Source: Gammaproteobacteria bacterium (GTDB taxonomy: Bacteria; Pseudomonadota; Gammaproteobacteria; JABABF01). From it: a stretch of DNA of 64,000 bases. Positions 13,879-22,522 of this stretch are shown in pieces. The stretch covers positions 544,001-608,000 of the forward strand of contig OZ250153.1 in the NCBI GenBank assembly GCA_965237805.1. The letters are read 5' to 3'. Within the stretch, counting starts at the first letter, position 1; every line of letters begins with the position of its first letter. A model generated the notes under the pieces. That model had not been told where the DNA came from and did not search any database. It was given only the letters and a program-made list of their open reading frames with translations. Both the position numbers and the translations under genes were made by a program.

Positions 13879-13908
13879 ATTTTATCTGCTACTTCAAATT
13901 TCTGTCAA
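13879..13908 (-). promoter_or_regulatory. Putative sigma70 promoter firing antisense into the hairpin cluster and orphan ORF
   Basis: TTGACA-N18-TAAAAT on the minus strand, with no large minus-strand gene downstream. Confidence 0.5.
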
Positions 13909-14040
13909 GCCCTCGCCCACAAAGCTTTCACCATACACTGCGCGATTCCACTCCGTCACTCTTGCAATAATTTTCCAGTGCGGGTCTTGACTGCCCTAGC
14001 AACGGCTTGACCTGCCACCGCACAACTCGAGGACACCGGG

Positions 14041-14832
14041 ATGAGCAATACATTAGCAGGACGCGCCGCATTAATCACCGGTGCCGGACAGGGTGTCGGG
14101 CGCGGCATCGCTCTGCGCATGGCCAAGGCCGGTGCCAAGGTGATGATCGCCGAGATCAATCCAGACACTGGCTCCGTCGTGGCCGAGGAGATCAACACCC
14201 TCGGCGGCGAGGCCTACTCCATCCAAAGCGATGTCAGCATCCAAGAACAGACCGAGACCGCCGTGGCCGCGACCATCGAGCACTGTGGCGGCATCGATAT
14301 CCTCGTCAACAACGCCTACGCTGGCAGCCCACCGGACCGCTTGGAGCGCAAAACCACCGAGGATGTGGACGCGGCGATGAAGGTCAGCCTGCACGCCGCC
14401 ATGTGGGCCATGCACGCGGCCTTCCCCACCATGCGCTCACAGCAGTTCGGGCGCATCATCACCATCTGCTCGCTGAACGGTGTCAACGCCCATATGTTCT
14501 CGGTGCACTACAACATCGCCAAGGAAGCCCAGCGCACGCTGATGCGCTCAGCGGCGGTGGAGTGGGCTCCACACGGCATCACCTGCAACGCCATCTGCCC
14601 GGCCGCCGCGACCCCCTCCTACGAGCAGCTGCGCGAGGCGGCACCGGAGATGGCCGCCGATGTCATGAAGCAGAATCCGATGGGCTATATGGGTGACCCG
14701 GAGGCCGATATCGGTGGCGTGGCAGTGTTCCTCGCCAGCGAGGACGCCCGCTACCTCACTGGCAACACTCTCTTTGCCGACGGTGGCAGCCACATCAACG
14801 GGGTGAGTTTCAAGCCGCCAGTGGCGGACTGA
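14041..14832 (+). CDS. Classical short-chain dehydrogenase/reductase (SDR)
   Basis: TGAGQGVG, DILVNNA, YNIAK (YxxxK), TGNTLFADGG. Confidence 0.93.
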   Translation: MSNTLAGRAALITGAGQGVGRGIALRMAKAGAKVMIAEINPDTGSVVAEEINTLGGEAYSIQSDVSIQEQTETAVAATIEHCGGIDILVNNAYAGSPPDRLERKTTEDVDAAMKVSLHAAMWAMHAAFPTMRSQQFGRIITICSLNGVNAHMFSVHYNIAKEAQRTLMRSAAVEWAPHGITCNAICPAAATPSYEQLREAAPEMAADVMKQNPMGYMGDPEADIGGVAVFLASEDARYLTGNTLFADGGSHINGVSFKPPVAD

Positions 14833-14861
14833 GTGGGGCGAGCCGCCCTGCTCGGAGGCAG

Positions 14862-15842
14862 CTAAAGCGTCAACGCACTGTCGATGCGCTCGCAGACCTC
14901 CGCTGTGAGCAGCGGCACCACCTCGGCGGCACCGAGCGTCTCCTCTAGCTGCTCCAGCTTGGAGGCCCCAAGGATGACCGTGCTGACATTGGGGTTCAGC
15001 AGGCACCAAGCGACTGCAAGGCGGGACATAGAGACGCCCAGCTCCTCGCAGATGGGCACCAGCTGGCGCACTTGAGCCAAGCGGTGCTGACCGCGCTCGC
15101 TGTCGATGGCGCTCTTGCGCAGCCATTCGTAGCCGGGCAAGGTGGCGCGGGAGCCCTCGGGCACGCCGTCCAGGTACTTGCCGCTCAGCACACCGGAGGC
15201 CAGTGGCGACCAAGTGGTGGTGCCAAGACCGATGTCGCCACCGTAGAGATGGGCGTATTCCCGCTCGAAGCGCTGGCGGTCGAGCAGGTTGTAAAGCGGC
15301 TGCTCCATGGTCGGCAGTGCCAAGCCCTCACGGCGGGCGATACCCCAAGCCTCGGTGATCTCCTGCGCCGTCCACTCCGATGTCCCCCAGTAGAGCACCT
15401 TGCCCTGACGGATGAGCGCATCCATGGCGCGCACCGTCTCCTCGATGGGTGTTTCGGGATCGGCACGGTGGCAGAAATACAGATCCAGATAGTCCAGCCC
15501 CCAGCGGCGCAGAGCTTGATGGCAGGCCTCCGTGACATGCTTGCGCGACAGCCCGCGCTGGGTGGGGGCAGGATTTTCGACGCCGCCGAAGAACACCTTG
15601 CTGGAGACACAGTAGCTATCGCGGCTCCAGTCACGTTTTTTCAGCGCCTGCCCCATCAGCTCCTCAGCGGCACCTCGGTTGTAGCCCTCAGCACCGTCGA
15701 AAAAGTTCACCCCAGCATCATAGGCGCAGCTCATCAAGCGCTCGGTCAAAGCGGCATCGACTTGGGTGCCGATGGTCACCCAAGAGCCGAAAGACAGCTC
15801 GCTGAGTTTGAGGCCAGATTGGCCTAGACGGCGGTAATTAAT
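14862..15842 (-). CDS. Aldo/keto reductase (Kv-beta-like bacterial group)
   Basis: YRRLGQSGLKLSELSFGSW, DGAEGY, SRKH, DLYFCHRAD, YWGTSEW, WSPLASG; the conserved N-terminus begins at an ATT codon (15842). Confidence 0.92.
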   Translation of the reverse strand: MNYRRLGQSGLKLSELSFGSWVTIGTQVDAALTERLMSCAYDAGVNFFDGAEGYNRGAAEELMGQALKKRDWSRDSYCVSSKVFFGGVENPAPTQRGLSRKHVTEACHQALRRWGLDYLDLYFCHRADPETPIEETVRAMDALIRQGKVLYWGTSEWTAQEITEAWGIARREGLALPTMEQPLYNLLDRQRFEREYAHLYGGDIGLGTTTWSPLASGVLSGKYLDGVPEGSRATLPGYEWLRKSAIDSERGQHRLAQVRQLVPICEELGVSMSRLAVAWCLLNPNVSTVILGASKLEQLEETLGAAEVVPLLTAEVCERIDSALTL

Positions 15843-16014
15843 GGCGGGGTACTCAGTGGTTGCAACTCACAATGCTCAGGGGTTCATAGAGCGGTGGCTG
15901 CAAGTGATGTCCTATTTTGCAACAAAGCTCGCAAACCGAAGCTGCAATCTTGTCTAGCCACCACCCTCATCAGTCCCGACCACCAGCTCATGATGGAGCG
16001 AATCTCCCCCAATA

Positions 16015-17208
16015 TCACGCGCTCTCAACTACCCCACCAGCGTCATCGACCCCATAGTTGAGCAGCTGGTAGTAAGGCTCATAACGGAAGAGGCGATTGC
16101 GCGCATGACCAGTGATCTCGCGCAAGATGCCCAAATCGACAAGGCGCGATATCAGACGGTTGGCAGCAGGATAGGATGTGCCAATATTTTTTTGCACCAT
16201 GGCCACAGAGCTAATAGGGCACGAAAATAAAGCTTCATGCACTTTCAGGGTGCTGCCAGCAACCGAGCTGTATCTGTCAAGGATGATGGCCCGGTGCTGT
16301 TCACGCAAGTCGAGGATGGCGCGAGTGGTCTTCGCTGCCTCGATGCTGACTGCCGTCACACCACGCAGAAAAAAGGCTAACCATCCCTCCCAATCGCCGT
16401 GGTCACGCACCGCCTGTAAATGGGAGTAGTATTCGCTCTGGTAACGCCTGAAGTAATGGGAGAGGTACAGCACGGGCTTTTGGAGTACCCCCCGCTCTTT
16501 TAGGAGCAAGCTGATCAACAGGCGCCCGACTCGCCCGTTGCCATCGAGAAAGGGGTGAATGGTCTCAAATTGAGCGTGAACCAACGCGATGGTGGCCAGC
16601 ACAGGACGCTCGTCCACACTGCTTTGATGGATGAATTTCTCCAAATCACCGAGTAACGCGGGCACGTTCTCCGCTGGCGGCGGCACAAAATAAGCATCGT
16701 GCAAACTGCAGCCAGCAGAGCCAATCCAATTCTGGCTGCGACGCAATTCGCCAGGGGTCAAATTGCCACCACGCACACCAGCTAGCAACTGTTCATGTAT
16801 TTCCCGGATCAGGCGCACACAAACTGGCAAATCCCTCAGACGATCTAGGCCGTAGCGCATCGCTTTGACATGGTTGATCAGTTCCCCGACATCGCTGCCC
16901 TTGGCTTGGGTGCCGAAGAGTTCGGCCTCAGCCGACAGCAGATCGTGTAAGGAACTTTGGGTGCCTTCGATTTGGCTGGAGAGTACGGCTTCCTTGCGGA
17001 TGTACATGAACGCAAAGAGATCGGCGTTGGGCAATGTCTGCACCGCCCCATCAAGACGCCCGAGGGCGCTATCGGCCTGTGAGAGCAGCACCTGTAGCTC
17101 GCCTTCCAACTGTAGTGGCGGGTCTGGCGGCAAGGCGGCGGGGATGAATGCCCGGTACCCTGTTGGCTGCTTCACATAGCGCCCGGCGCGCTCAGGCAGC
17201 TGGCGCAT
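16015..17208 (-). CDS. Fic family protein (Fic_N + Fic + C-terminal wHTH)
   Basis: Intact Fic motif HPFLDGNGRVGR, EAVLSSQIEGT, C-terminal GILREITGHARNRLF. Confidence 0.95.
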   Translation of the reverse strand: MRQLPERAGRYVKQPTGYRAFIPAALPPDPPLQLEGELQVLLSQADSALGRLDGAVQTLPNADLFAFMYIRKEAVLSSQIEGTQSSLHDLLSAEAELFGTQAKGSDVGELINHVKAMRYGLDRLRDLPVCVRLIREIHEQLLAGVRGGNLTPGELRRSQNWIGSAGCSLHDAYFVPPPAENVPALLGDLEKFIHQSSVDERPVLATIALVHAQFETIHPFLDGNGRVGRLLISLLLKERGVLQKPVLYLSHYFRRYQSEYYSHLQAVRDHGDWEGWLAFFLRGVTAVSIEAAKTTRAILDLREQHRAIILDRYSSVAGSTLKVHEALFSCPISSVAMVQKNIGTSYPAANRLISRLVDLGILREITGHARNRLFRYEPYYQLLNYGVDDAGGVVESA

Positions 17209-17324
17209 ATCATTCTCAAGACCCATCAGCAATCAACTCCCATATCGCAAAAGTCAAGGTCTATAATAACACCAAAGAACCATATAAGCACTGTTAAGTC
17301 ATCTTAGTAACATCTGGAGACTAT

Positions 17325-17450
17325 ACAGCAAGACCAACCCTGCCTTATCAGCTCTTAGAGTATGCACAGCAAGACCAGCTCTACCTTATCAACTCTTAGA
17401 GTACGTACAGCAAGACCAGCCCTGCCTTATCAACCCTTGGAGCATATACA
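17325..17450. repeat. Three 41-bp tandem repeats plus partial flanking units
   Basis: ACAGCAAGACCARCYCTRCCTTATCARCYCTTRGAGYAYRY at 17325, 17366 and 17407; no unique spacers. Confidence 0.95.
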
Positions 17451-17488
17451 TCATGCTGTGCCTTTTATCGCAAAGGCCGCAGGGTGAC

Positions 17489-18124
17489 TTAGTGTTCAAC
17501 CACCGGCTGCTGCAGCTGCCACTCTTGGGGCACTCCGCCCACCCCCAAGCCCCGTAAATAGTCCAGCATCCCCACCCTATCCCACCACGGCTCTGCCCCC
17601 ACCACCTTGCGGCGGATCACCAGCTCGGGGTCGATGATGAAGGTCTCTGGCAGGTAGACCACATTGAAGCGCTGCTGGCTGAGCTCCAGCGTCGGATCCC
17701 AGCCCAATTGCACCACCTCGCTGTCCAACACGCTGTGGTACTGCTGCGGTAGGCGGGCGAGAAATTCCGCGATGTCGTCTCGCTCGGCATCTTGGGAAAT
17801 GGCAACCAATACCAACTGCCCATCCATCTCGTGGACCAGATCGAGCAGTAGCGGGAACTCCTTCAGGCAGGGCGGGCACCACGATGCCCAAAAGTTGAGC
17901 AGCTGCACACGACCCCGGTTATCGGCGAGGTGCAACTCACCGCCATCAAGGCGCTCGAACACAATGTCCTCAGCCACGGTTTGTGGTCGCCACGATGCGG
18001 CTGTCGGCATCGGCTTAGCATTCGGCTCCACTCGCTGCGGCAACACACCGCCCTGCCATAGCGCCAACAAGGCCATGCCGCCGATCAGCAACAAGGCCGC
18101 CGTGCGCAACAACAGCGCGATCAT
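17489..18124 (-). CDS. TlpA/ResA-family membrane-anchored thiol-disulfide oxidoreductase
   Basis: N-terminal TM anchor, LLNFWASWCPPCLKEFP, YLPETFIID. Confidence 0.92.
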   Translation of the reverse strand: MIALLLRTAALLLIGGMALLALWQGGVLPQRVEPNAKPMPTAASWRPQTVAEDIVFERLDGGELHLADNRGRVQLLNFWASWCPPCLKEFPLLLDLVHEMDGQLVLVAISQDAERDDIAEFLARLPQQYHSVLDSEVVQLGWDPTLELSQQRFNVVYLPETFIIDPELVIRRKVVGAEPWWDRVGMLDYLRGLGVGGVPQEWQLQQPVVEH

Positions 18125-20254
18125 TCAGACACCCTCGGGCTCGAGTTCGGACTCGGGCTCAGCGTGGCGCGCCAGCCGTGAAAGCACGAGGGCAAAGAGT
18201 ATCTCCGCTCCGCAGAACACCCCCAAGCCCAGCGCCGCCCCACTGGTGAAACCGTAGGAGTGCAGGCCGATGCCGAGCAGGTTGACGCCAAACCAAGCGA
18301 GGGCGACGACCACATTAAGCAGCACCAAACCGACGGCAAAACCCACCGCGCCGAGGAGTTCGGCAATGCGCCCGTGTAGCAGGAAAATCAGCCACAGTGA
18401 AATCAGCAGTGCGCCGTTCTCTTTGGGATCCCAGCCCCAAAAGCGCCCCCATGACTGATCGGCCCAGATGCCGCCCAAGATGGTACCGAAGATGGTGAAC
18501 AGGACAGCCACCAAAGCAACGCCGATCAGCGCACGTCCGGCGGGGTCGTCAGCTCCCGGCTCGACACCGCGCCCCGAGGCACGGTTGAGCAACCAGATGT
18601 GGGCACCGATGCCAGCGGCGAGGCACAAACCGTAGCCAGTGGTGATGGTCAACACATGGGTGGCGAGCCAGAAGTTGGTGTTGAGTACCGCCACCAACAC
18701 CTCCAATGACTCTTCGCCAGCAAAATAGGGTGCCAACAGTAGTAGCGTGGCTCCCGACAGCGTGCTGACAGCCAGCCCGACGCCATCGGCTCGCATACGG
18801 GACAACACCAAGCCGAACAGCCCACTGATCAGCGCGACGAAGAGGATGGATTCATAGAGGGTGCCCACTGGCGGGCGCTCGAGTAGCCACACACGGCTAA
18901 GCATCCCCGTCAGATGCACCGCCACCGCCAGCACCGTTACCACCTGTGCCAGCCGGTACAGCGGCGGCCGCTCCCCCCACATGCTGGTGAACCCCGCCAA
19001 AGCTGCCGCCACCGCCCAGGCATGCCGGTGCCCGGGGCGATGCTCGAAGTAGAGGTAGCCCGCCAAGACGGCGAAAGCCAGCAGATACAGCGCCAAGCTG
19101 AGGCGGAATGGCGCAAGGCGCTGGTAGACATACTCCACCTCTAAGCGGCTGGCGGTCGCGGCTGGAAGTTGCGCCAGCGTCGCCGTGCGCAGCTCGGCGG
19201 TGGTCACTCCCCACGTCGCGGCATCGCCGTCGCGGTACGCGCTCGCCAACTGCGCGAGCAGGGTCATTTGACGAGCACTGGCAGGACCGCCCAAGCCGGA
19301 TTTGATCAGCGACCAAGGGGAATACCACAGCCGCTGCTCGTTCTCCCACTGCGGCGGCACGATGCGCAGGATCTCACTGAAAGCGTCCACGCCCATCCGC
19401 CGCATCGCCCGGTCGAGACGCAAGGTCTCCCGCTGCCTAGCATTAAATTTCAGATCGGGCTCCACCAGCTCCTCCGCCCCCGGCGTGGACAGCGCCGCCT
19501 CGACCCCCGGGACGGCCTGCCCTGCCACACGCTCCACAGCGCTTTTTGACTCGATTCCGGCACGCTCCCACAGCGGCGCGGCGAGGCGCTCCAAGGCGGT
19601 GCGCGAGCGCAACATCTGTAGATAGCTGTAATCCTGTCCGGCTCGCAGCTGCAACTGGCTGGCCAGCTTCGTCGACTCGAGCCGGAAGTCGGGCAAGAGC
19701 ATCGACAGCGAACGGCTGATCTCGAAGTAAACGAGGAGCTGCGTATAGAGCTCGCCCAGCGCCAGCTCTACCGAGGACAGCGACTCGGGCGTCGCTGTGC
19801 GCAACCGGCTCAGCTGGGCACCGACCGTGGGCAGGGTGGCGGCCACTTCGGTGAAAGAGTACAGCTGCGAGCTGCGCACACTCAGCCCCAGCGCATCGAC
19901 CAGAGCTCGGTCATCAATACGAAAAACAGGCCTCAGGGCTGACTCGGCGGGCTCGAACAGCAGCTCGGCGAGCCATGATACCGCGCTGACCGGCCCCAAG
20001 TGCACAGCGCCGCTGAGTGCACGCAAGCGGGCACGGGCAAAGCTTTGTAAGGGCTTCACGCGCCCCATATGCTGAATCGGCAGGCGGGCAAAATCGCGAT
20101 GCTCCAAGCCCACCGGCAGGACCTGCGGAGCGGGCGGCACCGCCACCCCCCCCGCCACGATGCTGCGACGCGGCTCACCATCAGCAGCAGCCAGCGGCAG
20201 CAGCACGGCAACTGCCAGTGCCGTGATCACAGCCAACGCCATCCACGCCCGCAT
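18125..20254 (-). CDS. ccsA: System II cytochrome c biogenesis protein CcsA/ResC with a large N-terminal periplasmic domain
   Basis: WWD motif WADQSWGRFWGWDPKEN, NFWLATHV, GIGLHSYG; start uncertain (20254-20344). Confidence 0.9.
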   Translation of the reverse strand: MRAWMALAVITALAVAVLLPLAAADGEPRRSIVAGGVAVPPAPQVLPVGLEHRDFARLPIQHMGRVKPLQSFARARLRALSGAVHLGPVSAVSWLAELLFEPAESALRPVFRIDDRALVDALGLSVRSSQLYSFTEVAATLPTVGAQLSRLRTATPESLSSVELALGELYTQLLVYFEISRSLSMLLPDFRLESTKLASQLQLRAGQDYSYLQMLRSRTALERLAAPLWERAGIESKSAVERVAGQAVPGVEAALSTPGAEELVEPDLKFNARQRETLRLDRAMRRMGVDAFSEILRIVPPQWENEQRLWYSPWSLIKSGLGGPASARQMTLLAQLASAYRDGDAATWGVTTAELRTATLAQLPAATASRLEVEYVYQRLAPFRLSLALYLLAFAVLAGYLYFEHRPGHRHAWAVAAALAGFTSMWGERPPLYRLAQVVTVLAVAVHLTGMLSRVWLLERPPVGTLYESILFVALISGLFGLVLSRMRADGVGLAVSTLSGATLLLLAPYFAGEESLEVLVAVLNTNFWLATHVLTITTGYGLCLAAGIGAHIWLLNRASGRGVEPGADDPAGRALIGVALVAVLFTIFGTILGGIWADQSWGRFWGWDPKENGALLISLWLIFLLHGRIAELLGAVGFAVGLVLLNVVVALAWFGVNLLGIGLHSYGFTSGAALGLGVFCGAEILFALVLSRLARHAEPESELEPEGV

Positions 20255-20280
20255 CGGCGCGGGGCGGCGGCGCGGTGCGC

Positions 20281-21534
20281 TCAGCGCCACCACGCCCTGC
20301 TCCTGCGCGCGAACAGCGGCGGCAACCGACCAAACAGATGCCATAACAAACCCAAGCTCATCAACACACCGGCCAGATAGGGGAATACGCGCCCCGCATT
20401 GCGCACGGTGGCCAATACCGTGGTCTCGGCATCTCCGTTCTCATCCTCGACGAAAGAGGCTTGGTAAAGGCTGTAGTCCCGGTAGCGTAGCGGCCGGTTC
20501 ATGGAGATCGTGCGCTCGAAGGCGACGCTGCCGTCGATGATCCTCACGGTAGAGCGGTAATCGCTTGCGATGGCCGTGCTGGGGTGGAACTCGCGCTCGA
20601 AGTCGATCAGCTCGACGGTGAATGGCAGGCGAGCTTGGTGACGGCGCAGCTCGATGCGGTGGGACTTGCCACCCAGATGCAACACCGGGCTGTCGGCCAT
20701 GAACTCGTAGACAGCGTAGAGGCCGTCGAGCTCGTCGCTGGCCTCTTGCAGATAAAACACCACGCAGGCGCGGTTGCCGGTTGGGTCGCTGGCGAGGGGT
20801 GCGGCAACCAACTCCAGCGTGTTGGCCACGCCACGACGCGGAATGGCCTCCAGCTCACCATCCCACGCATCGTCGGGCTCAGCGGGGCGCGGTGTCGCGC
20901 GGCAGTTGCGCTCCGCCAACCACAGCTCGATGACAAAAGGGAAATCAGGTGGCGAGCGCAGCTGCTCGCCAGTGCGCAGCCAGTACTCATCGAAGATGGT
21001 CACCCACTGCTTGGCCACATCGCTATCCGCATCCTCGACAGCCTCCGAAATCACCGCCAACTCCAACAGCTCTGGGGAGTGGATCAGCGAGGAGCTCTGC
21101 CCTTCGCGCAACACCAAATTCCCCTCTTGGGAGAAGAGCAGGCTGATCAACCCACCGATCAGCAACAGCAAGGCGGCACCGTGGAGCAGCAACGTGCCGG
21201 CCGACCGCCACTGCCAGTGCTGGCGCTGGAGCATGCGCGCCGTGAGGCCGACGCCTATCAGCAACAGCATCGCCAAACCGCCGGGTAGCGGCAGGCTGCC
21301 GCCGAACAGCCAGAATGATTGCAAGTAATCCTCGCGCGCTTGGTAGAGGCCCGCCTCGCGCTGGGCCAGCGTGCCCAAAAAGACCAGCACCATCAGCCAC
21401 AGCAGAGCATAGCTGAACAGGCGCGGGCTGGCCAGCGCCGCCACCGAGCGCTGTACGCCGCGCCCAATCCAAGCGATCAGCCGTCTCAAGGGGCCGGCTC
21501 TGGATAACGGGAGGAACTGGACACGACTGCGCAC
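20281..21534 (-). CDS. ResB/CcsB-like cytochrome c biogenesis protein
   Basis: LVFLGTLAQ...GLY, TM LLLHG, TISMNRPLRYRDYSLYQASF, C-terminal TM; adjacent to ccsA. Confidence 0.85.
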   Translation of the reverse strand: MRSRVQFLPLSRAGPLRRLIAWIGRGVQRSVAALASPRLFSYALLWLMVLVFLGTLAQREAGLYQAREDYLQSFWLFGGSLPLPGGLAMLLLIGVGLTARMLQRQHWQWRSAGTLLLHGAALLLLIGGLISLLFSQEGNLVLREGQSSSLIHSPELLELAVISEAVEDADSDVAKQWVTIFDEYWLRTGEQLRSPPDFPFVIELWLAERNCRATPRPAEPDDAWDGELEAIPRRGVANTLELVAAPLASDPTGNRACVVFYLQEASDELDGLYAVYEFMADSPVLHLGGKSHRIELRRHQARLPFTVELIDFEREFHPSTAIASDYRSTVRIIDGSVAFERTISMNRPLRYRDYSLYQASFVEDENGDAETTVLATVRNAGRVFPYLAGVLMSLGLLWHLFGRLPPLFARRSRAWWR

Positions 21535-21600
21535 TGTTGCGCGAGTGTCGATGGGAAGACACTGTGAGTCGACACCGCGACCGGTGACGGCATGGGCATG

Positions 21601-22437
21601 CTAATCGGCGACACCCAACACCTGTTGCATGCTGTACCAACCGGCGGGACGCCCTTGCAGCCAGCGCGCCGCCTGCAAGGCACCGGCGGCGAACACCCGC
21701 CGGTTCGGCGCGGCATGCGACAGCTCGATCTCCTCATCACCCCATGCGAACACCACCCGGTGCTCACAGTTCAGCGCCTGCCTGCGGCTGGAGCTGAAGC
21801 CCACGGTGCGCGGCGCTCTGGAGCCGGGCTCCGGTGCCAAGTCCCGCGCTGAGATGCGGCGGTCGTAGAGGGCCTCGGCGATGAGATTCCCCAAGTGCAA
21901 CGCCGTGCCTGAGGGGCGATCCTTTTTGTGGCGGGAATGCTTCTCGGCGATGTCTACCTCGATATCGTCCACCACCTCGGCACCCCGCAGATAGCGCGTC
22001 ACACCCGCAGCGAGATGGAACAGCAAATTGGCCCCCGTGCTGACATTCTCGGCGTAGACCAAGGGTAGCTCGGCTGCGGCCTCGCGCATGGCGGCAAGAT
22101 GATCCTCGCCCAAGCCAGTCATGCAGATGACCATTGGGATGCGAGCCGCCGTACATTCCGACAAGCGCGCCATCAGCGCCTCGGGCAGGCTGAAGTCGAT
22201 CAGTACATCGGCCTGAGATCGTTGCGGCGACCAAGTGGACTCGATGGGCACGCCATTGGCCTCGGCTCCGCCCCACAGACCACTGTCTTGACCAATGCCC
22301 TGCGTTTTTCCGATCGCCGCCACCAACAGCGTGTCAGCTGCCTCGGCGATGGCCTGCACCAAAGCCTGCCCCACCTTGCCGGCGGCACCGCCGAGAGCCA
22401 CCCGCAATGGCGTGGAAGAAGTCGCCTGTTCACTCAT
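21601..22437 (-). CDS. dapB: 4-hydroxy-tetrahydrodipicolinate reductase
   Basis: GAAGKVG, DVLIDFS, HSRHKKDRPSGTA, FAAGALQAARW; follows dnaJ. Confidence 0.92.
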   Translation of the reverse strand: MSEQATSSTPLRVALGGAAGKVGQALVQAIAEAADTLLVAAIGKTQGIGQDSGLWGGAEANGVPIESTWSPQRSQADVLIDFSLPEALMARLSECTAARIPMVICMTGLGEDHLAAMREAAAELPLVYAENVSTGANLLFHLAAGVTRYLRGAEVVDDIEVDIAEKHSRHKKDRPSGTALHLGNLIAEALYDRRISARDLAPEPGSRAPRTVGFSSSRRQALNCEHRVVFAWGDEEIELSHAAPNRRVFAAGALQAARWLQGRPAGWYSMQQVLGVAD

Positions 22438-22522
22438 GACAATAGCCATTGTCAATCAATGAACGAGCTGATGGCAAGCCGCCCCCGAACACTGCGCTCC
22501 GCAGCTGGCGGGCGAGCCTAGC

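Noticed and set aside
17325-17450. CRISPR array
   Set aside because: Units are contiguous near-identical repeats with no unique spacers, and no cas genes are present.
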